The position numbers and the translations under genes are program-made. Under the pieces are notes generated by a model, which made no database searches, had not been told where the DNA came from, and saw only the letters and a list, made by a program, of their open reading frames with translations. Of a stretch of 64,000 nucleotides of DNA, positions 1-9,553 are shown piece after piece. Source of the DNA: Candidatus Aminicenantes bacterium (lineage in GTDB: Bacteria; Acidobacteriota; Aminicenantia; Aminicenantales; Saccharicenantaceae); assembly GCA_963809345.1 (NCBI GenBank), contig CAWEJF010000007.1:6633-70632 (forward strand), given 5' to 3'. Numbering within the stretch: position 1 is the stretch's first letter; the number at the start of each line of letters is the position of its first letter.

Positions 1-2
1 CC

Positions 3-575
3 GTCAATCTCCTCGAGTGGTCCCACGACGGCCGCTCTGTCTATTTCACCCGCAATGATTGGAAAGGCCAGAAGAGCGAGATCATCCTCCGAAGCCTCGA
101 GACAGGGCAGGAGAGACGGATCGCCGCTCTCGCCGGTCAAAACCGGTTCTTCACGTTGCCCTTGCTCTCGCCTGACGGAAGGTCTCTTGCAGTCATCGTC
201 ATGAACCAAGATCAGAAATCCAATATTCTGGCGGTCATGCCCGCCGAGGGTGGAGAGTCTCGGGAATTGCTGGAACTGAAGGGAAACACAAACTTCACCT
301 TGCCCAGAGGATTGGCCTGGAGCCCCGATTCCCGGAACATCCTCTTGGTCAAGCTTGTCAAGATGATCGACCAAGAGCCGTCTGCCCAGGGCCGCAATGA
401 GCTCTGGCTCTTGGCTGCTGATTCGGGAGAACGACGCAAGCTGGGAGACCTGTTGAAGGGAAACGGAACTGAAATCTCGCTCCATCCGAACGGACGCAGC
501 CTAGTCTTCAGCGCCAACGTTTTTCGATCGGAGATCTGGGTCATGGAGAATTTCCTGCCCCTGGGGAAGAAATGA
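3..575 (+). CDS. TolB-like (PD40) beta-propeller protein, C-terminal part; 5' end outside window
   Basis: Frame is open from the window edge (VNLLEWSHDGRSVYF...). Repeated WSHDG, LSPDG, WSPDS and HPNG blade motifs; ends EIWVMENFLP like the paralog at 19285. Confidence 0.8.
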   Translation, partial: VNLLEWSHDGRSVYFTRNDWKGQKSEIILRSLETGQERRIAALAGQNRFFTLPLLSPDGRSLAVIVMNQDQKSNILAVMPAEGGESRELLELKGNTNFTLPRGLAWSPDSRNILLVKLVKMIDQEPSAQGRNELWLLAADSGERRKLGDLLKGNGTEISLHPNGRSLVFSANVFRSEIWVMENFLPLGKK

Positions 576-604
576 GCTCAAAACGCGCGCTTTTCGTGAA
601 ATCT

Positions 605-657
605 TTACGAAATCGTCACAATTTCATGACACATGCCGCACGCGCCCTTCTTATATT
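605..657 (+). promoter_or_regulatory. 11-bp-phased direct repeats (TTACG/TCACA/TGACA) plus -10 box TATATT; putative OmpR-family binding site
   Basis: Half-sites at 605, 616 and 627; TATATT at 652-657; same architecture as the sites at 21436-21473 and 24191-24206. Confidence 0.6.
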
Positions 658-826
658 GAGGCTGTCATGGGGAATAAGCCGGGCAGCCCGGCCGGGGTGA
701 TTCGAGGCGGGGGAGGGAGCCTTTCGAGACGATCGAGGGCCGGGGGAAGAGGGGATCTCCCGCGCGAGGAGTAGGATTTCTAAATGGGGGAAGGAAGCCA
801 GGGAACTCATTGAAAGAGGGGGCCTC

Positions 827-1033
827 ATGAATCTCTTAGGGATGGCCGATCCGACGGCGCTCTCGTCCGACGCTCTGACAGGTTTGGCCTTCGGCATCAT
901 CAAGATCCTAGCCTTTGGCGCCATGGGGGTTGTCGTTTTCGGCGTTTTCATGTCCCTCCTGTGCGACCTCTTCGAATGCCGGAAGTGGCGCCACGTCAAG
1001 GGGCGGACGGAGACCTGGCAGCTGATGCACTGA
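827..1033 (+). CDS. small single-pass membrane protein, 68 aa, hypothetical
   Basis: Purine-rich SD-like sequence before ATG; hydrophobic segment LAFGIIKILAFGAMGVVVFGVFMSLL followed by a basic tail. Confidence 0.55.
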   Translation: MNLLGMADPTALSSDALTGLAFGIIKILAFGAMGVVVFGVFMSLLCDLFECRKWRHVKGRTETWQLMH

Positions 1034-1092
1034 GTCCCTCACGTATTCTTCTCCGAGTTTGACGCAAGCCACGGTTTAGTCTAGATTGCCGG

Positions 1093-3468
1093 ATGATGTC
1101 AGCCCGGCTATGCCCATTCCGCAACCAGAAGACAGACGATGTTTTCCGTATTGCCACCGCATCCCTCTTAGTGATGGCGATGATCATCGTGGAGGGGTGC
1201 GCGCCGGGGCCCTCCTCCCGGCCGGCTTCGCGCCCCGTCCAGCTCAGCCCCTGCGGGCGGGCGTTCGTGTTCGTCGACCACGGCCGTCCGGCGGCCAGGA
1301 TCGAGATCCCCGAGGCCGCCGGGAACGCCGAACGGCGGGCCGCCGAGATACTGCGCTCGTCGGTCCTCAAGATGACGGGGATCGACCTTCCCGTCCTGAC
1401 TACGGCGACCCCCTCAGGACCTGGCGTCGCCGCGATCGGCTTTACTCAAAAAGACCTTCCCCCCGTTTTCACTTCCTCTCTCTCCTCTCTCCGTCCCGAC
1501 GGATTCCTGGCCGGCACATCCACCGGCAACCTCTACATCGTGAGCGGAGGCAGCAAAGGCGCCATCTACGGCGTCGTCCACCTGCTCGAGAAGTACTTCG
1601 GCTGCCGCCGCTACAGCCCTACGGCGGAGGTCTTCCCGCCTCGCGACGACCTCGCCCTGGGCTGTCTCTTCGAGGCCGACAACCCCGTGAACGAGGTCCG
1701 CGTCGTCAACGGCGAATTCGCACTCGACCCCGACTATCTCGACTGGATGAGGCTCCACGACGTTCGCGACCTCTACGGCGAGGGTTATTACGTCCACACC
1801 TTCCAGCGTCTCGTCCCCTGGCAGGCCTATTTCGCGACGCTCCCCGAGTATTTCGCCTTGATGAACGGGAAGAGGATCATCGACCAGCCCTGCCTGTCGC
1901 GGCCCGAGGTCTTCGACATCGCCGTCGCCCGCCTGCGCGAGGAGATGGCCGCCCAGCCGGACAAAAAGATCTGGTCGGTGAGCCAGAACGACAACTTCTC
2001 CTACTGCCAGTGCCCCGAGTGCCTGAAGGTCATCGAGGAGGAGGGTTCTCCCGCCGGGCCCATCCTCCGCTTCGTCAACCGCGTCGCCGCCCTCTTCCCC
2101 GACAAAACGATCTCGACCCTGGCCTACCAATACTCACGCCCGGCGCCGCGCCTGACTCGGCCGGCCCCGAACGTCGAGGTCATGCTTTGCACGATCGAGC
2201 TCAATCGGAGTCTGCCCATCGCCGAGGACCCTTCGAGCGTCTCGTTCGTGCGCGATATCGAGGCCTGGAGCAATATCTGCGGCAACCTCTATCTCTGGGA
2301 TTACACAGTCAATTTCTCGCACCACGTCTCCCCTTTCCCCAACCTCCACGTCCTCCAACCTAACATCCGGTTCTTCGTCGACCACGGCGTCCGCAAGCAT
2401 TTCCAGCAGACCAACACGAGCCCGGGCCACGAAATGAGCGAGCTCAAGGCCTACCTCCTGGCACGACTTCTCTGGAACCCGCGGACCGACGTCGAGGCCG
2501 TGACCGAGGACTTTCTCGACGGCTATTACGGAGAGGCCGGCGAATTCATCGGACGCTACATCAAGGCCCTGCATGCCGCGCTCCGGAGGTCCGGGGCGAA
2601 GCTCGACATCTACGAACCGCCGGCGGTCCATGCCGGCGATCACCTTTCCTCCGACGACGTCGCATCCTATAACGACCTTTTTGACCGTGCCGAAGCCGCT
2701 GCGGCCGGAGATCCCGAGATCCTGGTCCGGGTCAAGACGGCCCGCCTCCCCCTGATATACGCGATGATCGAGATCGGCAAGAACGACATGTTCGGCCCGC
2801 GCGGCTTCTACAAGGAGAAGGACGGCCGTTTCGTCGCCGTGCCGCGCATGTCCGGTCTCGTCGACGATTTTTTCGAACGATGCCGCGCCGGCGGCGTCCG
2901 GACGCTCAGCGAATCGGGTCTGACGCCGGAAGCCTATCGTGAGGGCGTCAGACGGTTCATCGACGTCCAGGTCGAAGGCAACCGGGCTTTCCGCAAGCCT
3001 GTTGCCGCCGACCCTCCGCCTTCGCCGAAATACGCCGGGGGCGACCCGGCCGTACTGACGAACGGCGTCCGCGGCGCGAGCGATTTCAAGGTCCACTGGC
3101 TCGGCTGGGAGGGTGTCGACGCCACCCTGACCCTCGACCTCGAAAAGCTCGCAACGGTCAGGGAGATCGCCTTGAGCACGCTCTCCGACCAACAGAGCTG
3201 GATCCTCCACCCGAACCGCGTCACCTGTTCGATCTCTTCGGACGGCCTCTCGTTCCGGGACGTCGGCACGAGGGCTCTGGCGGGGGACCATCAGGGGGAA
3301 GACAGTATTCGCGCCTTCTCCTGGTCGGAGGACCTCACGGAGCAGGGATCTTTCGGTCCCGTCCGCTTCGTGCGATTTCAGATCGAGGGGACAAAGCGCC
3401 TTCCCGACTGGCACCCCTCCGCCGGAGGCCTATCCTGGGTTTTCATCGATGAGATCGTCGTCCGATAA
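1093..3468 (+). CDS. DUF4838-type exported glycoside-hydrolase-like protein with C-terminal discoidin/F5-8-like domain
   Basis: GH67-N-like N-terminus (GAIYGVVHLLE), HTF...QPCLSRPEV, SVSQND...CQCPEC, TLAYQY, LWDYTVNF..PFPN, C-terminal WVFIDEIVV. Confidence 0.75.
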   Translation: MMSARLCPFRNQKTDDVFRIATASLLVMAMIIVEGCAPGPSSRPASRPVQLSPCGRAFVFVDHGRPAARIEIPEAAGNAERRAAEILRSSVLKMTGIDLPVLTTATPSGPGVAAIGFTQKDLPPVFTSSLSSLRPDGFLAGTSTGNLYIVSGGSKGAIYGVVHLLEKYFGCRRYSPTAEVFPPRDDLALGCLFEADNPVNEVRVVNGEFALDPDYLDWMRLHDVRDLYGEGYYVHTFQRLVPWQAYFATLPEYFALMNGKRIIDQPCLSRPEVFDIAVARLREEMAAQPDKKIWSVSQNDNFSYCQCPECLKVIEEEGSPAGPILRFVNRVAALFPDKTISTLAYQYSRPAPRLTRPAPNVEVMLCTIELNRSLPIAEDPSSVSFVRDIEAWSNICGNLYLWDYTVNFSHHVSPFPNLHVLQPNIRFFVDHGVRKHFQQTNTSPGHEMSELKAYLLARLLWNPRTDVEAVTEDFLDGYYGEAGEFIGRYIKALHAALRRSGAKLDIYEPPAVHAGDHLSSDDVASYNDLFDRAEAAAAGDPEILVRVKTARLPLIYAMIEIGKNDMFGPRGFYKEKDGRFVAVPRMSGLVDDFFERCRAGGVRTLSESGLTPEAYREGVRRFIDVQVEGNRAFRKPVAADPPPSPKYAGGDPAVLTNGVRGASDFKVHWLGWEGVDATLTLDLEKLATVREIALSTLSDQQSWILHPNRVTCSISSDGLSFRDVGTRALAGDHQGEDSIRAFSWSEDLTEQGSFGPVRFVRFQIEGTKRLPDWHPSAGGLSWVFIDEIVVR

Positions 3469-3525
3469 CCCCCATATGGGAGAAAACCCGGCATGGTATA
3501 ATGGACCTGTGCGACTAAAGGATAG

Positions 3526-4092
3526 ATGAAAGAGACATGTGACCGTCGGCGCTTCCTCGGCCTGGGCGTGGCCGCGCTCGCCCTGCCATTCCTGAGCCGC
3601 CTCTCCGCGTTCGCGTCCTCCCATCCCCTCGACGGGCCCCTCCCTCCCGACCGCGGCCTCTCCTTCTACAACACCCATACCGCGGAGTCCGCCTCCGTCG
3701 AATACTGTCAGTCGGGTTGCTTCATCCCCGCGTCGCTCGAGAAGATCAACCGCATCCTCCGGGACACCCGCACCGGCGAGATCAAGGCCATCGACGTCCG
3801 GCTCCTCGACCTGCTCCACGCCCTGGCCCGGGCGACGGGCACGGAGGATCCCTTCCATGTCATCTCCGGCTATCGCTCGCCCACCACGAACACTTATCTC
3901 CGGACCCATGGCGGAGGGGGCGTCGCCGCCAACAGCCTCCACCTCCTCGGCAAGGCGATCGACATCCGCGTGCCGGGCGTCAAGCTCCACGATCTCTACC
4001 GGACGGCCGTCGGCCTGCAGGGCGGAGGGGTCGGGATCTACCCCGGATCGGATTTCGTCCACGTCGACGTCGGCCGCGTCCGGACCTGGTGA
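3526..4092 (+). CDS. mepK: YcbK/MepK family peptidoglycan endopeptidase (DUF882, peptidase M15), Tat-exported
   Basis: RRRFLG Tat motif; YNTHT, ISGYRSP.TN, SLHLLGKAIDI, FVHVDVGRVRTW. Confidence 0.88.
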   Translation: MKETCDRRRFLGLGVAALALPFLSRLSAFASSHPLDGPLPPDRGLSFYNTHTAESASVEYCQSGCFIPASLEKINRILRDTRTGEIKAIDVRLLDLLHALARATGTEDPFHVISGYRSPTTNTYLRTHGGGGVAANSLHLLGKAIDIRVPGVKLHDLYRTAVGLQGGGVGIYPGSDFVHVDVGRVRTW

Positions 4093-4098
4093 GCCGGA

Positions 4099-5808
4099 CT
4101 ACCGCGCCGACACGGACGCGTGGTCTTCGAGGGCCCTGTCGAGGGCTGCATCCCTGAGATAGATATCCTGCCGGAATTGGACCCGCCCGTCACCCGCGAG
4201 CCACGCCGTCCAGTACAGGACATGGACGCCCGGAGCGTTCTTCCGGACGGGGATCGTCTGCGTCTTGCCGCCGGCGATCGCCTCCGCGATCTTCTCCTTT
4301 GTCCAAGCCGGATCATCACGGAGCATGTAGGCGGCAAGGTCGAGGGGTCTCTCGACGCGGATGCATCCCGAGCTGTAGTTGCGGACCGCCCGGGCGAAAA
4401 GCCCGCGCTCGGGCGTATCGTGGATGTAGACATCAAACTTGTTCGGGAACATGAACATGATCCGGCCCAGCGAATTCTGCGGGCCGGGGTCCTGGCGGAA
4501 CTTGAAGGATAGGCCCTCGGGCTTGATCTGCGTCCAGTCGATGGTCGAGGCGTCGATCTCCCGCGCCCCCTCGCTCCAATTCTCGAAGACGCGGATGCCT
4601 TTCTTCTTGAGATACGCGGGATCTTTCTGGACCTTGGGGAGGATGTCTTCCCGAGCCAGCTTCGGCGGCACGTTCCAGGGCGGGTTGATGGTGATGTGGG
4701 ACATCCGGCTGCTGAAGTCCGGGGTTTGTCTATAGGCCCGGCCGACGACGGCCGGCATGGACATGACGGCGCGGCCGGCCTCATACACGCCGACGCGGTA
4801 ATCGGCCACGTTGACCAGGACGTACGTCTCCCCGAGGTCCTGGGTGATCCAGCGCCAACGCTCGAGGTTGGCCCGGATCTGTCTCAGCCGCTCGGCCGCA
4901 GGCACGTCCAGGGCCGACGCCGTCTCGGCGCCGACGACGCCGTCGGGCTCGATGCCGTGACGCCGCTGGAAGATTTTGACCGCGCTATCGAGGACGTCGT
5001 CGAAGAGCTCGGGGTCTCCCGACGCCCCGGACCCGGCAAGGTCGCCCATCCTGGCGAGGATGTGCCTGAGGGCGGTCACGCGGGCGCCGCGGTCGCCCTT
5101 GACGAGCTTCGGGCCGGCCGGGAATTCCGGCCAGCCCCCGGACGCGACGAGCGCGCCCTGCTCCCGGTATGCTTTCCGGAGCCCGCGGTATACGGCGTGG
5201 CCGGGCCGTAAGGAATCCAGAGCCGCCGGGATGTCCTTCGCCGCCAGCCCCTTCTCCAGGACCGCGGACAGGTCTTCCACCCTTCCCTTGATGAACCATT
5301 CGGACTGGATCGTCTCCGGGTTGACCTGGCCATGGACGAGGTGAGAGCCACAGAGGAGGAAGCCGTCCGTGAGGAGCATCTCCAGGTCGACGAGGGATTC
5401 CGGCCGCACGCGCCGAGGGTCCTTGGCCCGCGCGGCGTCGACCTCGGCGATCAAGGACTCGAGGGCGGCCTGATGATAGTTCGACGGGTCGAGGCCGTCT
5501 TCAGCGACGAGACGCAACGCCGCGATGAACGCGCGCGCGTCGCCGAGCGCGAGGCGGTCGTCGATCCAGGCCGGGCGGAAATCCCGGGCCCGGTAAAAAC
5601 CCGGCAGGACGTCGGAGCCGCAAACCCTGTCGCGTCGGCAATAGACGGGACCCTCCGTTCCGCCCGGCCCGACCCGCTCCATCAGAACGGCCCGGGCCGA
5701 TTCACTCGGAGCGACGGCCGGCGGTTTGCCGCAGGATGTCGCGGCGCAGACGACGGCGACAATGGCGAGGGCCGCGGCGCGTGCGGACATTCTTAAAGCG
5801 CTCATCAT
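4099..5808 (-). CDS. ldtD: YcbB/LdtD-type L,D-transpeptidase with peptidoglycan-binding domain, probable lipoprotein
   Basis: NLERWRW, INPPWNVP, RQDPGPQNSLG, VYIHDTP...SSGCIRV catalytic His/Cys; FQRRHGIEPDGVVG PG-binding motif. Confidence 0.88.
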   Translation of the reverse strand: MMSALRMSARAAALAIVAVVCAATSCGKPPAVAPSESARAVLMERVGPGGTEGPVYCRRDRVCGSDVLPGFYRARDFRPAWIDDRLALGDARAFIAALRLVAEDGLDPSNYHQAALESLIAEVDAARAKDPRRVRPESLVDLEMLLTDGFLLCGSHLVHGQVNPETIQSEWFIKGRVEDLSAVLEKGLAAKDIPAALDSLRPGHAVYRGLRKAYREQGALVASGGWPEFPAGPKLVKGDRGARVTALRHILARMGDLAGSGASGDPELFDDVLDSAVKIFQRRHGIEPDGVVGAETASALDVPAAERLRQIRANLERWRWITQDLGETYVLVNVADYRVGVYEAGRAVMSMPAVVGRAYRQTPDFSSRMSHITINPPWNVPPKLAREDILPKVQKDPAYLKKKGIRVFENWSEGAREIDASTIDWTQIKPEGLSFKFRQDPGPQNSLGRIMFMFPNKFDVYIHDTPERGLFARAVRNYSSGCIRVERPLDLAAYMLRDDPAWTKEKIAEAIAGGKTQTIPVRKNAPGVHVLYWTAWLAGDGRVQFRQDIYLRDAALDRALEDHASVSAR

Positions 5809-5934
5809 GACCTAACGACACCCTATTCTACCTGGGGCATCGGGGAATTTCCACTGAGGGCCGGCCCGCGGCGCTTGACTAACCGGTCCGGCTCACTTAT
5901 CGTGGTCGCATTCGTAACCCGGGAGGACGAGGTC

Positions 5935-8900
5935 ATGAGTACTGGGCTCAGGAAATCAGGCATCGACATCATCGGTGACATCCCCTGGGGCATGCATTTC
6001 TGCCAGTTCTATCGGACGCCCCAAGACCTCCTGGATATCCTCGTGCCCTATTTCGCCGCCGGTCTCGAGGCGAATGAGTTCTGCATGTGGGTCACCTCCG
6101 TGCCCCTGGACAAGACCGCCGCTGAAAAAGCGCTGGCCAAAGCCGTGCCCGGATTCGAACGCTACGTCCGCGACGGGCAGATCGAGATCATCCCCCACGA
6201 CGTCTGGTACCTCGCCGGCGGGGAATTCGATTCGAGGCGGGTCCTCGACGCGTGGGCCGCAAAGCTCGAAAAAGCGCGGGCCCGCGGCTTCGAGGGCCTC
6301 CGGCTGAGCGGCAACACCTTCTGGCTCGAGAAAGAGGATTGGCGGGCCTTCACCGACTATGAAGCCGCCGTCGACGAGGTCATCGGCCACTGCCGTATGC
6401 TGGCGCTCTGCACCTACTCGCTCGAACGGTGCGGGGCGAACGAGGTCCTCGATGTCGTCCGCAACCATCGCTTCGCCCTCGTACGGCGGGAATCACAATG
6501 GGAGGTCATCGAGAGCGCCGAGCGCGAACGGTTCCGGCAGGTCGAGAGACGGCTGTCCCAGTTCCCGTTACAGAATCCCAATCCCGTCCTTCGCGCCGAT
6601 GAGAAGGGGCAGCTTCTCTATGCGAATCCGGTGGCCCAACGTTTCCTCGCCGAGTTCGGCGCCGCGGCCGCCGGTCCCCTGCCGCCCCTCATCAAGGAGC
6701 TCGCCCTCCAAGCGCTCGATCGGAAAGAGGCCGTCGAGGCCGAGATCGCCGACCCCGCGGGCCGGCTGTATTGGGTCACCGCCGTTCGCCCGCAGGGTGA
6801 GACCTACATTAACCTCTATGCCCACGACGTGACGAAGCGCGCCCAGGTCGAAAAGGCGCTGCGTGAAAGCGAAGCGAAATACCGGAGTCTTTTCGAATCC
6901 ATGGCCGAGGGATTCGCCCTGTACGAACTCATCGAGGACGAAGAGGGGCGGCCGGTCGACTGGCGCGTCCTCGAGGTCAACAGCGCCTACACCCGCCACA
7001 CGGGAGTCGCCCGGGACGCGATCGTCGGCGCGCTCATGGGCGAGCTCTTCCCCGCCGTCTACACGGAATATCTTCCGATCTTTGCCCGCGTTGTGACCAC
7101 TCAAACGCCGGTCGACTTTGAAACCTACGCCAAGGCGCTCGACCGGCACATGCATATCGTCACATTTCCCGTGGGCGGGCGCCGCTTCGCCAGCATCATG
7201 GAGGACATCAGCGCGCGCCGGAAGGCCGAACAGGCCTTGAAGGTCAGCGAAGAGAGATACCGGGCCCTGTTCAACAACATGACCGAGGGGTTCGCCCTCC
7301 ACGAGATCGTCACCGATGGGGACGACCGACCCGTCGACTATCGCTTCATCGACCTCAACCCGGCTTTTGAGCGGCTGACGGGGCTGACGCGGCCTGAGGT
7401 CCTTGGCCGGAGCGTCCGGGAGGTGCTGAAGGACATCGAGCCCTCCTGGATCGAGACCTACGGCCGCGTGGCCCTGACCGGCGAACCGGCGAAGTTCGAA
7501 CGGTATTATCCGTCGCCCATCAATCGTTGGTTCGAGATCTACGCCTTCCGCCCCGCACTTCGTCAGTTCGCGGTCGTCTTCAGGGACATCTCCAAGCGAA
7601 AGCAAGCCGAAGAGGCGCTCCGCGAGAGCGAGAATCTGCACGAGAAGTCCCAGGAGATCGCCCACCTCGGAAGCTGGGAGCTCGACGTCCCGTCCGGCCG
7701 GCTAGCCTGGTCGGACGAGGCCTTCCGCATCTTCGGGCTCAAGCCCCGGGAATTCGAGGCGACCTACGAGGCCTTTCTGGCCGCCGTCCATCCGGACGAC
7801 CTCAAAGCCGTCGATGCGGCCTACCAGGACTCCTTGCGGGAGGGGCGCGGCGGATATGAGATCGAGCATCGGGTCATACGCCGGGACACCGGGGAAGTCA
7901 GGACCGTCCATGAAAAGTGCGAGCATGTCCGGGACGCATCCGGCCGGATCGTGCGCTCGGTCGGGATGGTCCATGATATCACCGAGCAGAAACAGGCGGA
8001 GTCCCTGCGCCGGGCGCTGGCCGACCAGGAGCGCCTCCGGCTCGGGGCGGCGGTCGAGCTGGCCTCGGAGGCGGTCGTCATGGCCGACCCGGACGGCCGG
8101 ATCCTCTACGTCAATGCCGCGTTCGAAACGATCAACCGTCTCCGCAAGGGCGACGCGGTCGGCCATAACTATTTCGATCTCGTCACATCCGACCCGTTGT
8201 CCGTCGAGATGCGCGCCGCCATTCATCGTCGTGAGGCCTGGAACGGGCATATCACCCTCGAGCGGCCGGGGGAACGGGCGATCGAGCTCGAAGTCGTCGT
8301 GAGCCCCGTCACGGAGCCTCCCGGCGTCCTCATCACGGAACGGGACATCACGCAGGAGGTCGTGCTTCAGGAGCAAGTCCGTCAGGCCCAGAAGATGGAG
8401 GCCCTCGGGACCTTGGCGGGAGGTATCGCTCACGATTTCAACAACATCCTCGGGGCCATCGTCATCAATACGGAGCTGGCCCTCCTCGATACCGAAGAGA
8501 GCTGCCCGGCCCGGGAATCCCTGCCGCTCGTCCTCAAGGCGGCCGAGCGCGGCAAGGAGCTCGTCAAGCAGATCGTCACTTTCAGTCACCAGAGAGCGTG
8601 GGAACGAAATCCGCTCCTCATCGCACCGGTAGTCCGGGAAGCCTTGCAGCTCTTCCGGGCCACCGTGCCCGGGACCGTCACCGTGCACGAGGCGATCCGA
8701 GCGGACAGCGCGATCGTCGAGGCCCACCCGGCACAGATCCACCAGGTCCTTTCAAACCTCTGCCAAAACGCCTCATTGGCCATGCGGAACAAGCCGGGAC
8801 GGCTGGAGGTCAAGCTCGATACGGTCTATGTCGATTCCGCTATGGCCTCCCGGCACTCCGGTCTCAAGCCCGGCCCGTACGTGCGCATGGCGGTCGCGGA

Positions 8901-9519
8901 TTCCGGTTGCGGCATGCCGCGGGAGGTCCTGGACAGGGTCTTCGAGCCCTTCTTCACGACCCGGAGCCCCGGCGAAGGGAGTGGGCTCGGCCTTTCGGTC
9001 GTCCACGGCATCGTCCGAAGCTACGGCGGAGCGATCACAGCCTACAGCGAGGTGGGCAAGGGCAGCACTTTCAGCGTCTTTCTGCCTCTTCTGCCTCAGG
9101 GAACGCCTCCGCCCGAGGCCATGGCCACACCGGCGGCTGAGACCGGAAGCGAACGGATCCTTCTTGTCGACGACGACGCGGCCCAGCTCAAGAGTCTGGC
9201 CCGGATGCTCGAGAGGCTCGGCTACCGGATCACAGCCCGGTCCTCGGGCCGGACCGCTACGGCCGCGTTCGGGAAGGACCCGGAGGCCTTTGATCTGGTC
9301 ATCACCGATCAGACCATGCCGGGGATGTCGGGGATCGATCTGGCCCGGGACCTCGTCAAGATCCGGCCGGACATCCCGATCATCCTCAATACGGGATTCA
9401 GCGAGAAGGTCAACGGGGAAAGCGTCGGCAAGTACGGGATCCGGGCCTTCATCATGAAACCCTTCACCTCCCGAGAGCTCTCCGAGCTCATCCGTAAGGT
9501 CCTCGGGAACAGGGGCTGA
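5935..9519 (+). CDS. hybrid sensor histidine kinase: MEDS, multiple PAS, HisKA, HATPase, receiver
   Basis: PWGMHFCQFY MEDS motif; several PAS repeats; LAGGIAHDFNNIL H-box; EPFFTT/GSGLGLS; LLVDDD...DQTMP...KP receiver; GGAGG SD before ATG 5935. Confidence 0.9.
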   Translation: MSTGLRKSGIDIIGDIPWGMHFCQFYRTPQDLLDILVPYFAAGLEANEFCMWVTSVPLDKTAAEKALAKAVPGFERYVRDGQIEIIPHDVWYLAGGEFDSRRVLDAWAAKLEKARARGFEGLRLSGNTFWLEKEDWRAFTDYEAAVDEVIGHCRMLALCTYSLERCGANEVLDVVRNHRFALVRRESQWEVIESAERERFRQVERRLSQFPLQNPNPVLRADEKGQLLYANPVAQRFLAEFGAAAAGPLPPLIKELALQALDRKEAVEAEIADPAGRLYWVTAVRPQGETYINLYAHDVTKRAQVEKALRESEAKYRSLFESMAEGFALYELIEDEEGRPVDWRVLEVNSAYTRHTGVARDAIVGALMGELFPAVYTEYLPIFARVVTTQTPVDFETYAKALDRHMHIVTFPVGGRRFASIMEDISARRKAEQALKVSEERYRALFNNMTEGFALHEIVTDGDDRPVDYRFIDLNPAFERLTGLTRPEVLGRSVREVLKDIEPSWIETYGRVALTGEPAKFERYYPSPINRWFEIYAFRPALRQFAVVFRDISKRKQAEEALRESENLHEKSQEIAHLGSWELDVPSGRLAWSDEAFRIFGLKPREFEATYEAFLAAVHPDDLKAVDAAYQDSLREGRGGYEIEHRVIRRDTGEVRTVHEKCEHVRDASGRIVRSVGMVHDITEQKQAESLRRALADQERLRLGAAVELASEAVVMADPDGRILYVNAAFETINRLRKGDAVGHNYFDLVTSDPLSVEMRAAIHRREAWNGHITLERPGERAIELEVVVSPVTEPPGVLITERDITQEVVLQEQVRQAQKMEALGTLAGGIAHDFNNILGAIVINTELALLDTEESCPARESLPLVLKAAERGKELVKQIVTFSHQRAWERNPLLIAPVVREALQLFRATVPGTVTVHEAIRADSAIVEAHPAQIHQVLSNLCQNASLAMRNKPGRLEVKLDTVYVDSAMASRHSGLKPGPYVRMAVADSGCGMPREVLDRVFEPFFTTRSPGEGSGLGLSVVHGIVRSYGGAITAYSEVGKGSTFSVFLPLLPQGTPPPEAMATPAAETGSERILLVDDDAAQLKSLARMLERLGYRITARSSGRTATAAFGKDPEAFDLVITDQTMPGMSGIDLARDLVKIRPDIPIILNTGFSEKVNGESVGKYGIRAFIMKPFTSRELSELIRKVLGNRG

Positions 9520-9553
9520 GGCCGAGGCCTCGCCTGAAGGGCGCGACCTGGCT

